Source: Escherichia coli (lineage in GTDB: Bacteria; Pseudomonadota; Gammaproteobacteria; Enterobacterales; Enterobacteriaceae). From it: a stretch of 64,000 nucleotides of DNA. Below, piece by piece: positions 1 through 14,624 of this stretch; the stretch's first letter is position 1; each line of letters begins with the position of its first letter. A model generated the notes under the pieces. The model saw only the letters and a list, made by a program, of their open reading frames with translations, was not told where the DNA came from and searched no databases. Both the position numbers and the translations under genes were made by a program. The stretch lies in NCBI RefSeq assembly GCF_024502345.1, contig NZ_JALDNN010000001.1; one strand, written 5' to 3'.

Positions 1-279
1 ACCCGTTTCAGCATCGTCCATAGCTCGTCGAGCAAGAAAATGGATAAGTCGATCCCATTTCTCAGCATTCGCGACTGAGCCTGTCCATTCAACTAGTTGA
101 GGAGAATAATCTCCTATTTGTGTAATATTTCTGAACTTTTTTTCCATATCAGCGGACATGTGTTCCCCTTTTTTCCACTTGCTAATTTGTGTTGAGGAAA
201 CACCTAAGTGGCTTGCTAAATCTTTTTGAGTGCATTTCAGAGTATGTAATGCGAGGCGTACAAAATATTCACCATTCAT
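1..279 (-). CDS. XRE-family helix-turn-helix transcriptional regulator, N-terminal 93 codons only (gene runs off window start)
   Basis: Minus-strand ATG at 279 with AAGGAA Shine-Dalgarno upstream; frame open to position 1; N-terminus MNGEYFVRLALHTLKCTQKDLASHLGVSSTQISKWKKGE has an XRE-type HTH signature. Absent from ORF track because truncated. Confidence 0.6.
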   Translation of the reverse strand, partial: MNGEYFVRLALHTLKCTQKDLASHLGVSSTQISKWKKGEHMSADMEKKFRNITQIGDYSPQLVEWTGSVANAEKWDRLIHFLARRAMDDAETG

Positions 280-420
280 CGGTCATTCCTTTTACTGAGC
301 ATAAAAACATAAAGTAAAAATAGAATGCGCTGAAATTTACTTTATTTCATTTAACTTTTACTTTAATTCCGAATTCGGACATGGTGGCCCCTAAACGCAG
401 TCACATTCTCTTAGCCGTAA

Positions 421-447
421 AAAAAGGCCGCATTTGCGGCCTTTAGC
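421..447 (-). terminator. argG rho-independent terminator (GC hairpin ggccgcaaatgcggcc followed by T-run on minus strand)
   Basis: Inverted repeat GGCCGCAAATGCGGCC flanked by A/T runs immediately downstream of argG stop. Confidence 0.6.
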
Positions 448-462
448 ACGAAAGCTATGATA

Positions 463-1821
<1,359 letters not shown>

Positions 1822-1854
1822 TTAATTAACTGATGATGAGCCTGGATTTCCGCT

Positions 1855-1895
1855 CTCACTGAATTTTTATGCAAAATAAATGAGTTTTCATTTAA
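1855..1895. promoter_or_regulatory. putative ArgR operator (ARG box-like palindrome cacTGAATttttATgCAa) in argG upstream region
   Basis: Near-match to ARG box consensus TnTGAATwwwwATTCAnw at 1857-1874, upstream of argG start. Confidence 0.45.
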
Positions 1896-2031
1896 TCATC
1901 TTTTATCGGAGACAGGAAGAGTTTAGTGTGTTTTTTGTAAAATAATGCGCTTAAGGGAGAGCAGGAGAAGGCAAAAGTATTCAACAAATGAAAGTGAACT
2001 GGATATTCATTCACGTGATTAGCAATAAACG

Positions 2032-2061
2032 TTGACAAAATGTGGCATGGATCACTATAAT
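2032..2061 (+). promoter_or_regulatory. sigma70 promoter of metY-rimP-nusA-infB operon (TTGACA at 2032-2037, TATAAT at 2056-2061)
   Basis: Consensus -35 and -10 hexamers with 18-bp spacer; a second TTGCAT/TAGAAT pair lies at 2110-2138. Confidence 0.6.
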
Positions 2062-2153
2062 GCCTGCAGATTTTACGTCCCGTCTCGGTACACCAAATCC
2101 CAGCAGTATTTGCATCTTTTACCCAAAACGAGTAGAATTTGCCACGTTTCAGG

Positions 2154-2230
<77 letters not shown>

Positions 2231-2353
2231 CTTTCCCTTAGAGTCCTTTTTCAAATATACTGTGAAGACTTCGGCCTTCGTAGTGGGATTTGAAAAAATC
2301 CTTCTGGAAAGTGCTCCAGACCGCAGTTGCGGTTATAGGGTTCAGTTATATAA

Positions 2354-2377
2354 AGCCCCGATTTATCGGGGTTTTTT
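2354..2377 (+). terminator. rho-independent terminator/attenuator between metY and rimP
   Basis: Hairpin agccccgatttatcggggc followed by TTTTTT. Confidence 0.6.
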
Positions 2378-2436
2378 GTTATCTGACTACAGAATAACTG
2401 GGCTTTAGGCCCTTTTTTTATGTCTTGGGGGTGGGC

Positions 2437-2889
2437 TTGTCCACATTAGAGCAAAAATTAACAGAGATGATTACTGCGCCAGTTGAGGCCCTGGGTTTTG
2501 AACTGGTTGGCATCGAATTTATTCGCGGTCGCACATCCACACTGCGCATCTATATTGATAGTGAAGATGGCATCAATGTTGATGATTGTGCTGATGTGAG
2601 CCACCAGGTAAGTGCTGTGCTGGATGTTGAAGATCCCATCACCGTTGCTTATAACCTGGAAGTCTCCTCACCGGGTCTCGATCGCCCACTGTTCACGGCT
2701 GAACACTACGCCCGTTTTGTCGGAGAAGAGGTGACTCTGGTTCTCCGTATGGCGGTACAAAACCGTCGTAAATGGCAGGGCGTTATCAAAGCGGTAGACG
2801 GTGAAATGATCACAGTTACCGTCGAAGGTAAAGATGAAGTGTTCGCGCTGAGTAATATCCAGAAGGCGAACCTGGTTCCCCACTTTTAA
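2437..2889 (+). CDS. rimP: ribosome maturation factor RimP
   Basis: ORF matches RimP ([20 protein letters not shown]...); start assigned to in-frame TTG giving 150 aa. Confidence 0.85.
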
Positions 2890-2916
2890 TAGTCTGGATG
2901 AGGTGAAAAGCCCGCG

Positions 2917-4404
<1,488 letters not shown>

Positions 4405-4428
4405 TAAACTGTAGCAGGAAGGAACAGC

Positions 4429-7101
4429 ATGACAGATGTAACGATTAAAACGCTGGCCGCAGAGCGACAGACCTCCGTGGAACGCCTGGTACAGCAATTT
4501 GCTGATGCAGGTATCCGGAAGTCTGCTGACGACTCTGTGTCTGCACAAGAGAAACAGACTTTGATTGACCACCTGAATCAGAAAAATTCAGGCCCGGACA
4601 AATTGACGCTGCAACGTAAAACACGCAGCACCCTTAACATTCCTGGTACCGGTGGAAAAAGCAAATCGGTACAAATCGAAGTCCGCAAGAAACGCACCTT
4701 TGTGAAACGCGATCCGCAAGAGGCTGAACGCCTTGCAGCGGAAGAGCAAGCGCAGCGTGAAGCGGAAGAGCAAGCCCGTCGTGAGGCAGAAGAATCGGCT
4801 AAACGCGAGGCGCAACAAAAAGCTGAACGTGAGGCCGCAGAACAAGCTAAGCGTGAAGCTGCTGAACAAGCGAAACGTGAAGCTGCGGAAAAAGACAAAG
4901 TGAGCAATCAACAAGACGATATGACTAAAAACGCCCAGGCTGAAAAAGCCCGCCGTGAGCAGGAAGCTGCAGAGCTCAAGCGTAAAGCTGAAGAAGAAGC
5001 GCGTCGTAAACTCGAAGAAGAAGCACGTCGCGTTGCTGAAGAAGCACGTCGTATGGCGGAAGAAAACAAATGGACTGATAACGCGGAACCGACTGAAGAT
5101 TCCAGCGATTATCACGTCACTACTTCTCAACATGCTCGCCAGGCAGAAGACGAAAGCGATCGTGAAGTCGAAGGCGGCCGTGGCCGTGGTCGTAACGCGA
5201 AAGCAGCGCGTCCGAAGAAAGGCAACAAACACGCTGAATCAAAAGCTGATCGTGAAGAAGCACGCGCAGCAGTACGTGGCGGTAAAGGCGGAAAACGTAA
5301 AGGTTCTTCCCTGCAGCAAGGCTTCCAGAAGCCTGCTCAGGCCGTTAACCGTGACGTTGTGATCGGCGAAACCATCACCGTTGGCGAACTGGCGAACAAG
5401 ATGGCGGTTAAAGGCTCTCAGGTCATCAAAGCGATGATGAAACTGGGCGCAATGGCAACCATCAACCAGGTTATCGATCAGGAAACCGCACAGCTGGTTG
5501 CTGAAGAGATGGGCCACAAAGTTATCCTGCGTCGTGAAAACGAGCTGGAAGAGGCGGTAATGAGCGACCGTGACACGGGTGCTGCGGCTGAACCGCGCGC
5601 GCCGGTTGTGACCATCATGGGTCACGTTGACCACGGTAAAACCTCTCTGCTGGACTACATTCGTTCAACGAAAGTTGCCTCTGGCGAAGCGGGCGGCATT
5701 ACCCAGCACATTGGTGCATACCACGTTGAAACTGAAAACGGCATGATCACCTTCCTGGACACCCCGGGGCACGCCGCGTTTACTTCAATGCGTGCACGTG
5801 GTGCGCAGGCAACGGACATCGTAGTCCTGGTTGTTGCTGCCGACGACGGCGTGATGCCGCAGACCATCGAAGCAATCCAGCACGCGAAAGCGGCGCAGGT
5901 ACCGGTGGTGGTTGCAGTGAACAAGATTGATAAACCAGAAGCCGATCCGGATCGTGTTAAGAACGAACTCTCCCAGTATGGCATCCTGCCGGAAGAGTGG
6001 GGCGGTGAAAGCCAGTTCGTACACGTATCTGCGAAAGCGGGTACCGGCATCGATGAACTGCTGGACGCTATCCTGCTGCAGGCGGAAGTTCTGGAGCTGA
6101 AAGCGGTACGTAAAGGTATGGCGAGCGGTGCGGTTATCGAATCCTTCCTCGATAAAGGTCGTGGTCCGGTTGCTACCGTTCTGGTACGTGAAGGTACTCT
6201 GCACAAGGGCGATATCGTTCTGTGTGGCTTCGAATACGGTCGTGTTCGTGCGATGCGTAACGAACTGGGTCAGGAAGTGCTGGAAGCGGGTCCGTCCATT
6301 CCGGTGGAAATCCTCGGCCTGTCCGGCGTACCGGCTGCGGGTGATGAAGTTACCGTTGTACGTGACGAGAAGAAAGCGCGTGAAGTTGCACTGTATCGTC
6401 AGGGTAAATTCCGCGAAGTTAAACTGGCGCGTCAGCAGAAATCTAAACTCGAGAACATGTTCGCCAACATGACCGAAGGCGAAGTTCACGAAGTGAACAT
6501 TGTCCTGAAGGCAGACGTACAGGGTTCTGTGGAAGCGATCTCCGACTCCTTGCTGAAACTGTCTACTGACGAAGTTAAAGTGAAGATCATCGGTTCTGGC
6601 GTAGGTGGTATCACCGAAACCGACGCCACCCTGGCTGCGGCGTCCAACGCCATCCTGGTTGGCTTTAATGTACGTGCTGATGCCTCTGCACGTAAAGTGA
6701 TTGAAGCGGAAAGCCTGGATCTGCGTTACTACTCCGTCATCTATAACCTGATCGACGAAGTGAAAGCGGCAATGAGCGGTATGCTGTCTCCGGAACTGAA
6801 ACAACAGATTATCGGTCTGGCGGAAGTTCGTGACGTATTCAAATCACCGAAATTTGGTGCCATTGCAGGTTGTATGGTTACCGAAGGTGTGGTTAAACGT
6901 CACAACCCGATCCGCGTTCTGCGCGACAACGTGGTTATCTACGAAGGCGAGCTGGAGTCCCTGCGCCGCTTCAAAGATGACGTTAACGAAGTCCGTAACG
7001 GTATGGAATGTGGTATCGGCGTTAAGAACTACAACGATGTCCGCACTGGCGATGTGATCGAAGTATTCGAGATCATCGAAATCCAACGTACCATCGCTTA
7101 A
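4429..7101 (+). CDS. infB: translation initiation factor IF-2
   Basis: 890-aa ORF with GTPase motifs (GHVDHGKT) and charged N-terminal repeats; recognised as IF2. Confidence 0.95.
4900..4902 (+). other. infB: in-frame GTG at codon 158 of infB, position of the known internal IF2-beta start (ATG codon 165 at 4921)
   Basis: Frame arithmetic on the ORF; internal initiation is established knowledge for E. coli infB. Confidence 0.5.
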
Positions 7102-7111
7102 GGTTGTCTGG

Positions 7112-7190
7112 GTTGTAGGCCGGATAAGGCTTTTACGCCGCATCCGGCAGCCGTTGCCTGATGTGACGCTGGCGCGTCTTATCAGGCCAA
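7112..7190. repeat. REP (repetitive extragenic palindromic) element cluster
   Basis: GCCGGATAAGGC...GCATCCGGCA and GCCTGATGTGACGC...TCTTATCAGGCC palindromic units typical of E. coli REP. Confidence 0.7.
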
Positions 7191-7222
7191 CGTGAACAGC
7201 CCTTCCACCTGAAATTAATTTT

Positions 7223-7248
7223 AAAAAGGGGCTAACAGCCCCTTTTTT
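7223..7248 (+). terminator. hairpin + T-run between infB and rbfA (partial terminator)
   Basis: aaaaaggggctaacagcccctttttt. Confidence 0.5.
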
Positions 7249-7264
7249 GTCAGGAGAATTTATT

Positions 7265-7666
7265 ATGGCGAAAGAATTTGGTCGCCCGCAGCGCGTAGCG
7301 CAGGAAATGCAAAAAGAGATCGCTCTCATCCTGCAGCGTGAAATTAAAGATCCTCGCCTGGGCATGATGACCACCGTTTCCGGTGTCGAAATGTCTCGCG
7401 ACCTGGCGTATGCCAAAGTATATGTGACGTTCCTCAACGACAAAGATGAAGACGCGGTTAAAGCGGGCATCAAAGCGTTGCAAGAAGCTTCTGGTTTCAT
7501 CCGCAGCCTGCTGGGGAAAGCGATGCGCCTGCGTATCGTGCCGGAACTGACCTTCTTCTACGACAACTCTCTGGTTGAAGGGATGCGCATGTCAAACCTG
7601 GTGACCAGCGTGGTCAAACATGACGAAGAACGTCGTGTTAACCCGGACGACAGCAAGGAGGACTAA
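7265..7666 (+). CDS. rbfA: ribosome-binding factor A
   Basis: ORF matches RbfA starting [18 protein letters not shown]; 133 aa. Confidence 0.9.
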
Positions 7667-8610
7667 TGAGTCGTCCTCGTCGTCGCGGTCGCGACATTAA
7701 CGGCGTTTTGTTGCTGGATAAACCGCAGGGTATGTCCAGCAATGATGCGCTGCAAAAAGTGAAACGGATTTATAACGCCAACCGTGCCGGGCATACCGGT
7801 GCGCTGGACCCGCTGGCAACTGGCATGTTGCCAATTTGCCTCGGGGAAGCGACGAAGTTTTCCCAGTATCTGCTGGACTCCGACAAACGCTATCGGGTCA
7901 TTGCGCGTCTTGGACAGCGTACCGATACTTCTGATGCCGACGGACAAATCGTTGAAGAACGTCCGGTAACCTTTAGCGCAGAGCAACTGGCGGCGGCGCT
8001 GGATACTTTCCGTGGCGATATCGAACAGATCCCTTCGATGTATTCAGCACTGAAATATCAGGGTAAAAAACTGTACGAATATGCGCGTCAGGGCATTGAA
8101 GTACCGCGTGAAGCGCGCCCGATTACCGTTTATGAATTGCTGTTTATTCGCCACGAAGGCAATGAGCTGGAGCTGGAAATTCACTGCTCAAAAGGCACTT
8201 ATATCCGCACCATCATTGATGACCTGGGTGAAAAACTCGGTTGTGGCGCGCATGTTATTTACCTGCGTCGTCTGGCGGTAAGTAAATATCCGGTTGAACG
8301 GATGGTGACCCTGGAACATCTGCGTGAACTGGTCGAACAAGCCGAACAGCAGGATATTCCGGCTGCGGAGTTACTTGATCCATTACTGATGCCAATGGAC
8401 AGTCCAGCTTCGGACTACCCGGTGGTGAATCTTCCGTTAACGTCTTCTGTTTACTTCAAAAATGGTAACCCAGTTCGTACATCCGGTGCGCCGCTGGAAG
8501 GACTGGTTCGCGTTACAGAAGGTGAGAACGGCAAATTTATCGGTATGGGCGAAATTGACGATGAAGGCCGCGTTGCGCCTCGTCGTCTGGTGGTTGAATA
8601 CCCGGCGTAA
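7666..8610 (+). CDS. truB: tRNA pseudouridine-55 synthase
   Basis: 314-aa ORF recognised as TruB; overlaps rbfA stop. Confidence 0.95.
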
Positions 8611-8662
8611 TGTTAACCGTCTTGCGATAACAGGTCGCTACGAGTAGAATACTGCCGCTTAA

Positions 8663-9028
<366 letters not shown>

Positions 9029-9043
9029 TTCTTGCGAGTTTCA

Positions 9044-9072
9044 GAAAAGGGGGCCTGAGTGGCCCCTTTTTT
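9044..9072 (+). terminator. rpsO rho-independent terminator
   Basis: gaaaagggggcctgagtggcccctttttt hairpin + T-run. Confidence 0.7.
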
Positions 9073-9075
9073 CAA

Positions 9076-9274
9076 GCTGACGGCAGCAATTCACTGGAAA
9101 CTAATGTATTGTTGCTATGAATGATCTTCCGTTGCAGAGGTTCGCGCGGCTAATGAGAGGCTTTACCCACATTGGGCTGGGTTAGGGTTGTCATTAGTCG
9201 CGAGGATGCGCAGAAGATCGGGTATTAACACCAGTGCCGTAAGGTACTGTCTAAGAAAGAGAAAGGATATTACA
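9076..9274 (+). promoter_or_regulatory. pnp leader region (site of RNase III-processed autoregulatory hairpin in E. coli)
   Basis: Position between rpsO terminator and pnp start; established knowledge for this locus, structure not folded here. Confidence 0.45.
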
Positions 9275-11410
9275 TTGCTTAATCCGATCGTTCGTAAATT
9301 CCAGTACGGCCAACACACCGTGACTCTGGAAACCGGCATGATGGCTCGTCAGGCTACTGCCGCTGTTATGGTTAGCATGGATGACACCGCGGTATTTGTT
9401 ACCGTTGTTGGCCAGAAAAAAGCCAAACCAGGTCAGGACTTCTTCCCACTGACCGTTAACTATCAGGAGCGTACCTACGCTGCTGGTCGTATCCCGGGTA
9501 GCTTCTTCCGTCGTGAAGGCCGCCCAAGCGAAGGCGAAACGCTGATCGCGCGTCTGATTGACCGCCCGATTCGCCCGCTGTTCCCGGAAGGTTTCGTCAA
9601 CGAAGTTCAGGTTATCGCCACCGTGGTTTCTGTTAACCCGCAGGTTAACCCGGATATCGTCGCGATGATTGGTGCTTCCGCAGCACTGTCTCTGTCTGGT
9701 ATTCCGTTCAATGGTCCGATTGGTGCTGCTCGCGTAGGTTACATCAATGACCAGTACGTACTGAACCCGACTCAGGACGAGCTGAAAGAGAGCAAACTGG
9801 ATCTGGTTGTTGCCGGTACTGAAGCCGCTGTTCTGATGGTTGAATCTGAAGCTGAACTGCTGAGCGAAGACCAGATGCTGGGCGCAGTAGTGTTCGGTCA
9901 TGAACAACAGCAGGTTGTTATTCAGAACATCAATGAACTGGTGAAAGAAGCCGGTAAACCACGTTGGGACTGGCAGCCGGAGCCGGTAAACGAAGCGCTG
10001 AACGCGCGCGTTGCTGCACTGGCTGAAGCTCGCCTGAGCGATGCTTACCGCATCACCGACAAACAAGAGCGTTATGCGCAGGTTGATGTCATCAAATCTG
10101 AAACCATCGCGACGCTGCTTGCTGAAGACGAAACCCTGGACGAAAACGAACTGGGTGAAATTCTGCACGCTATCGAGAAAAACGTTGTTCGTAGCCGCGT
10201 ACTGGCAGGCGAACCGCGTATCGACGGTCGTGAAAAAGATATGATCCGTGGTCTGGATGTGCGTACTGGCGTGCTGCCGCGTACTCACGGTTCTGCGCTG
10301 TTCACCCGTGGTGAAACGCAGGCGCTGGTTACTGCAACGCTGGGTACCGCTCGTGACGCACAGGTTCTTGATGAACTGATGGGCGAACGTACCGACACCT
10401 TCCTGTTCCACTACAACTTCCCTCCGTACTCCGTAGGCGAAACCGGCATGGTCGGTTCTCCGAAGCGTCGTGAAATTGGTCACGGTCGTCTGGCGAAGCG
10501 CGGCGTGCTGGCAGTCATGCCGGATATGGACAAATTCCCGTACACCGTACGTGTTGTGTCTGAAATCACTGAATCCAACGGTTCCTCTTCTATGGCTTCC
10601 GTGTGCGGCGCGTCTCTGGCGCTGATGGACGCAGGTGTGCCGATCAAAGCTGCCGTTGCGGGTATCGCAATGGGTCTGGTGAAAGAAGGCGACAACTACG
10701 TTGTACTGTCTGACATTTTGGGCGACGAAGATCACCTGGGCGATATGGACTTCAAAGTTGCGGGTTCCCGCGAGGGTATCTCTGCATTGCAGATGGATAT
10801 CAAAATTGAAGGTATCACCAAAGAGATCATGCAGGTTGCGCTGAACCAGGCTAAAGGTGCGCGTCTGCATATCCTGGGCGTAATGGAACAGGCGATCAAC
10901 GCGCCGCGTGGCGATATCTCTGAGTTCGCACCGCGTATCCATACCATCAAGATCAACCCGGACAAGATCAAAGATGTTATCGGTAAAGGCGGCTCTGTTA
11001 TCCGTGCCCTGACCGAAGAAACCGGCACCACCATCGAAATCGAAGATGACGGTACTGTGAAGATCGCAGCGACCGACGGCGAGAAAGCGAAACACGCTAT
11101 TCGTCGTATCGAAGAGATCACTGCAGAAATTGAAGTGGGCCGCGTCTACACTGGTAAAGTGACCCGTATCGTTGACTTCGGCGCATTTGTTGCCATCGGC
11201 GGCGGTAAAGAAGGTCTGGTACACATCTCTCAAATCGCTGACAAACGCGTTGAGAAAGTGACCGATTACCTGCAGATGGGTCAGGAAGTACCGGTGAAAG
11301 TTCTGGAAGTTGATCGCCAGGGCCGTATCCGTCTGAGCATTAAAGAAGCGACTGAGCAGTCTCAACCTGCTGCAGCACCGGAAGCTCCGGCTGCTGAACA
11401 GGGCGAGTAA
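9275..11410 (+). CDS. pnp: polynucleotide phosphorylase (PNPase)
   Basis: ORF recognised as PNPase with KH and S1 domains at C-terminus; start placed at in-frame TTG ([15 protein letters not shown]) giving 711 aa. Confidence 0.9.
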   Translation: MLNPIVRKFQYGQHTVTLETGMMARQATAAVMVSMDDTAVFVTVVGQKKAKPGQDFFPLTVNYQERTYAAGRIPGSFFRREGRPSEGETLIARLIDRPIRPLFPEGFVNEVQVIATVVSVNPQVNPDIVAMIGASAALSLSGIPFNGPIGAARVGYINDQYVLNPTQDELKESKLDLVVAGTEAAVLMVESEAELLSEDQMLGAVVFGHEQQQVVIQNINELVKEAGKPRWDWQPEPVNEALNARVAALAEARLSDAYRITDKQERYAQVDVIKSETIATLLAEDETLDENELGEILHAIEKNVVRSRVLAGEPRIDGREKDMIRGLDVRTGVLPRTHGSALFTRGETQALVTATLGTARDAQVLDELMGERTDTFLFHYNFPPYSVGETGMVGSPKRREIGHGRLAKRGVLAVMPDMDKFPYTVRVVSEITESNGSSSMASVCGASLALMDAGVPIKAAVAGIAMGLVKEGDNYVVLSDILGDEDHLGDMDFKVAGSREGISALQMDIKIEGITKEIMQVALNQAKGARLHILGVMEQAINAPRGDISEFAPRIHTIKINPDKIKDVIGKGGSVIRALTEETGTTIEIEDDGTVKIAATDGEKAKHAIRRIEEITAEIEVGRVYTGKVTRIVDFGAFVAIGGGKEGLVHISQIADKRVEKVTDYLQMGQEVPVKVLEVDRQGRIRLSIKEATEQSQPAAAPEAPAAEQGE

Positions 11411-11517
11411 GGTTGCCATTTGCCCTCCGCTGCGCGGGGGGCTTTTAACCGGGCAGGACGCCTTGTTAGCAACCGGGAACAGGACGTTCATTCAACCGTG
11501 GTCTTCGGGAGTGGGAA

Positions 11518-12402
11518 ATGAAGCCTTTTTTGCGCTGGTGTTTCGTTGCGACAGCACTTACGCTTGCAGGATGCAGTAATACTTCCTGGCGTAAAAGTGA
11601 AGTCCTCGCGGTACCATTGCAACCGACTTTACAGCAGGAAGTGATTCTGGCACGTATGGAACAAATCCTTGCCAGTCGGGCTTTAACCGATGACGAACGC
11701 GCACAGCTTTTATATGAGCGCGGAGTGTTGTATGATAGTCTCGGTCTGAGGGCATTAGCGCGTAACGATTTTTCGCAAGCGCTGGCAATCCGACCGGATA
11801 TGCCTGAAGTATTCAATTACTTAGGCATATATTTAACGCAGGCAGGCAATTTTGATGCTGCCTATGAAGCGTTTGATTCTGTACTTGAGCTTGATCCAAC
11901 TTACAACTACGCGCACTTGAATCGCGGGATCGCATTATATTACGGCGGTCGTGACAAGTTAGCGCAAGATGATCTGCTGGCGTTTTATCAAGACGATCCC
12001 AATGATCCTTTCCGTAGTCTGTGGCTTTATCTCGCCGAGCAGAAGCTCGATGAGAAGCAGGCTAAAGAAGTGTTGAAACAGCACTTCGAAAAATCGGATA
12101 AGGAACAGTGGGGATGGAACATTGTCGAGTTCTACCTGGGCAACATTAGCGAACAAACGTTAATGGAAAGGCTCAAGGCGGACGCAACGGATAACACCTC
12201 GCTCGCTGAGCATCTCAGTGAAACCAACTTCTATTTAGGTAAGTACTACCTAAGTCTGGGGGATTTGGACAGCGCCACGGCACTGTTCAAACTGGCGGTT
12301 GCCAACAACGTTCATAACTTTGTTGAGCACCGATACGCATTGTTGGAATTATCGCTCCTGGGCCAGGACCAAGATGACCTGGCAGAATCGGACCAGCAAT
12401 AG
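11518..12402 (+). CDS. nlpI: lipoprotein NlpI (TPR repeats)
   Basis: 294-aa ORF with lipobox (LTLAGC) and TPR-like repeats; recognised as NlpI. Confidence 0.95.
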
Positions 12403-12581
12403 CTGACGTACACATCAGCCCGTAATCTTTTTTGATTGCCATCACCTTAACGGGTGAGGGCGTTGTTGTTCGTTAATACACCTACTTTGAGCCGGTTCAC
12501 ACTTTTCAATGAAAATTGCTGATCAATTTCATGATGAGTTATGTAGACTGGCCGCCATTAATTTTGAGGCACACGTACTAC

Positions 12582-14471
12582 ATGGCTGAATTCGAAACCA
12601 CTTTTGCAGATCTGGGCCTGAAGGCTCCTATCCTTGAAGCCCTTAACGATCTGGGTTACGAAAAACCATCTCCAATTCAGGCAGAGTGTATTCCACATCT
12701 GCTGAATGGCCGCGACGTTCTGGGTATGGCCCAGACGGGGAGCGGAAAAACTGCAGCATTCTCTTTACCTCTGTTGCAGAATCTTGATCCTGAGCTGAAA
12801 GCACCACAGATTCTGGTGCTGGCACCGACCCGCGAACTGGCGGTACAGGTTGCTGAAGCAATGACGGATTTCTCTAAACACATGCGCGGCGTAAATGTGG
12901 TTGCTCTGTACGGCGGCCAGCGGTATGACGTGCAATTACGCGCCCTGCGTCAGGGGCCGCAGATCGTTGTCGGTACTCCGGGCCGTCTGCTGGACCACCT
13001 GAAACGTGGCACTCTGGACCTCTCTAAACTGAGCGGTCTGGTTCTGGATGAAGCTGACGAAATGCTGCGCATGGGCTTCATCGAAGACGTTGAAACCATT
13101 ATGGCGCAGATCCCGGAAGGTCATCAGACCGCTCTGTTCTCTGCAACCATGCCGGAAGCGATTCGTCGCATTACCCGCCGCTTTATGAAAGAGCCGCAGG
13201 AAGTGCGCATTCAGTCCAGCGTGACTACCCGTCCTGACATCAGCCAGAGCTACTGGACTGTCTGGGGTATGCGCAAAAACGAAGCACTGGTACGTTTCCT
13301 GGAAGCGGAAGATTTTGATGCGGCGATTATCTTCGTTCGTACCAAAAACGCGACTCTGGAAGTGGCTGAAGCTCTTGAGCGTAACGGCTACAACAGCGCC
13401 GCGCTGAACGGTGACATGAACCAGGCGCTGCGTGAACAGACACTGGAACGCCTGAAAGATGGTCGTCTGGACATCCTGATTGCGACCGACGTTGCAGCCC
13501 GTGGCCTGGACGTTGAGCGTATCAGCCTGGTAGTTAACTACGATATCCCGATGGATTCTGAGTCTTACGTTCACCGTATCGGTCGTACCGGTCGTGCGGG
13601 TCGTGCTGGCCGCGCGCTGCTGTTCGTTGAGAACCGCGAGCGTCGTCTGCTGCGCAACATTGAACGTACTATGAAGCTGACTATTCCGGAAGTAGAACTG
13701 CCGAACGCAGAACTGCTGGGCAAACGCCGTCTGGAAAAATTCGCCGCTAAAGTACAGCAGCAGCTGGAAAGCAGCGATCTGGATCAATACCGCGCACTGC
13801 TGAGCAAAATTCAGCCGACTGCAGAAGGTGAAGAGCTGGATCTCGAAACTCTGGCTGCGGCACTGCTGAAAATGGCACAGGGTGAACGTACTCTGATCGT
13901 ACCGCCAGATGCGCCGATGCGTCCGAAACGTGAATTCCGTGACCGTGATGACCGTGGTCCGCGCGATCGTAACGACCGTGGCCCGCGTGGTGACCGTGAA
14001 GATCGTCCGCGTCGTGAACGTCGTGATGTTGGCGATATGCAGCTGTACCGCATTGAAGTGGGCCGCGATGATGGTGTTGAAGTTCGTCATATCGTTGGTG
14101 CGATTGCTAACGAAGGCGACATCAGCAGCCGTTACATTGGTAACATCAAGCTGTTTGCTTCTCACTCCACCATCGAACTGCCGAAAGGTATGCCGGGTGA
14201 AGTGCTGCAACACTTTACGCGCACTCGCATCCTCAACAAACCGATGAATATGCAGTTGCTGGGCGATGCACAGCCGCATACTGGCGGTGAGCGTCGTGGC
14301 GGTGGTCGTGGTTTCAGTGGCGAGCGTCGTGAAGGCGGTCGTAACTTTAGCGGTGAACGCCGTGAAGGTGGTCGTGGTGATGGTCGTCGTTTTAGCGGCG
14401 AACGTCGTGAAGGCCGCGCTCCGCGTCGTGATGAATCTACCGGTCGTCGTCGTTTCGGTGGTGATGCGTAA
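12582..14471 (+). CDS. deaD: ATP-dependent DEAD-box RNA helicase DeaD/CsdA
   Basis: DEAD-box motifs ([20 protein letters not shown]) and RG-rich C-terminal repeats; start at [11 protein letters not shown] (629 aa). Confidence 0.9.
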
Positions 14472-14513
14472 TCATCGCTGAACAGCGAACACAGTCTGTA
14501 AAATAATATATAC

Positions 14514-14544
14514 AGCCCCGATTTGAACCATCGGGGCTTTTTTT
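14514..14544 (+). terminator. deaD rho-independent terminator
   Basis: agccccgatttgaaccatcggggcttttttt. Confidence 0.7.
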
Positions 14545-14624
14545 CTGTCTTTTGTACTCGTGTACTGGTACAGTGCAATACATAACAACGCAGTCGCACT
14601 ATTTTTCACTGGAGAGAAGCCCTC

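Noticed and set aside
4700-5060. Repetitive AEQAKREA-encoding DNA in infB
   Set aside because: In-frame coding repeats of the IF2 N-terminal charged domain, not an independent repeat element.
9251-11491. 746-aa ORF on the minus strand antisense to pnp, and similar long antisense ORFs opposite nusA (3103-4572), infB (5785-6804), deaD (12936-14279), argG (994-1833), kbaZ and tdcE
   Set aside because: Each lies entirely within and opposite a recognisable gene; the translations are low-complexity with no start context, and such open antisense frames are a common by-product of codon bias.
13920-14470. Nucleotide-level direct repeats (ggtgaacgccgtgaaggcggtcgt-like) that could look like a repeat array
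   Set aside because: They lie inside the deaD coding frame and encode its arginine/glycine-rich C-terminal tail; repeats are irregular and there are no spacers, so not CRISPR.
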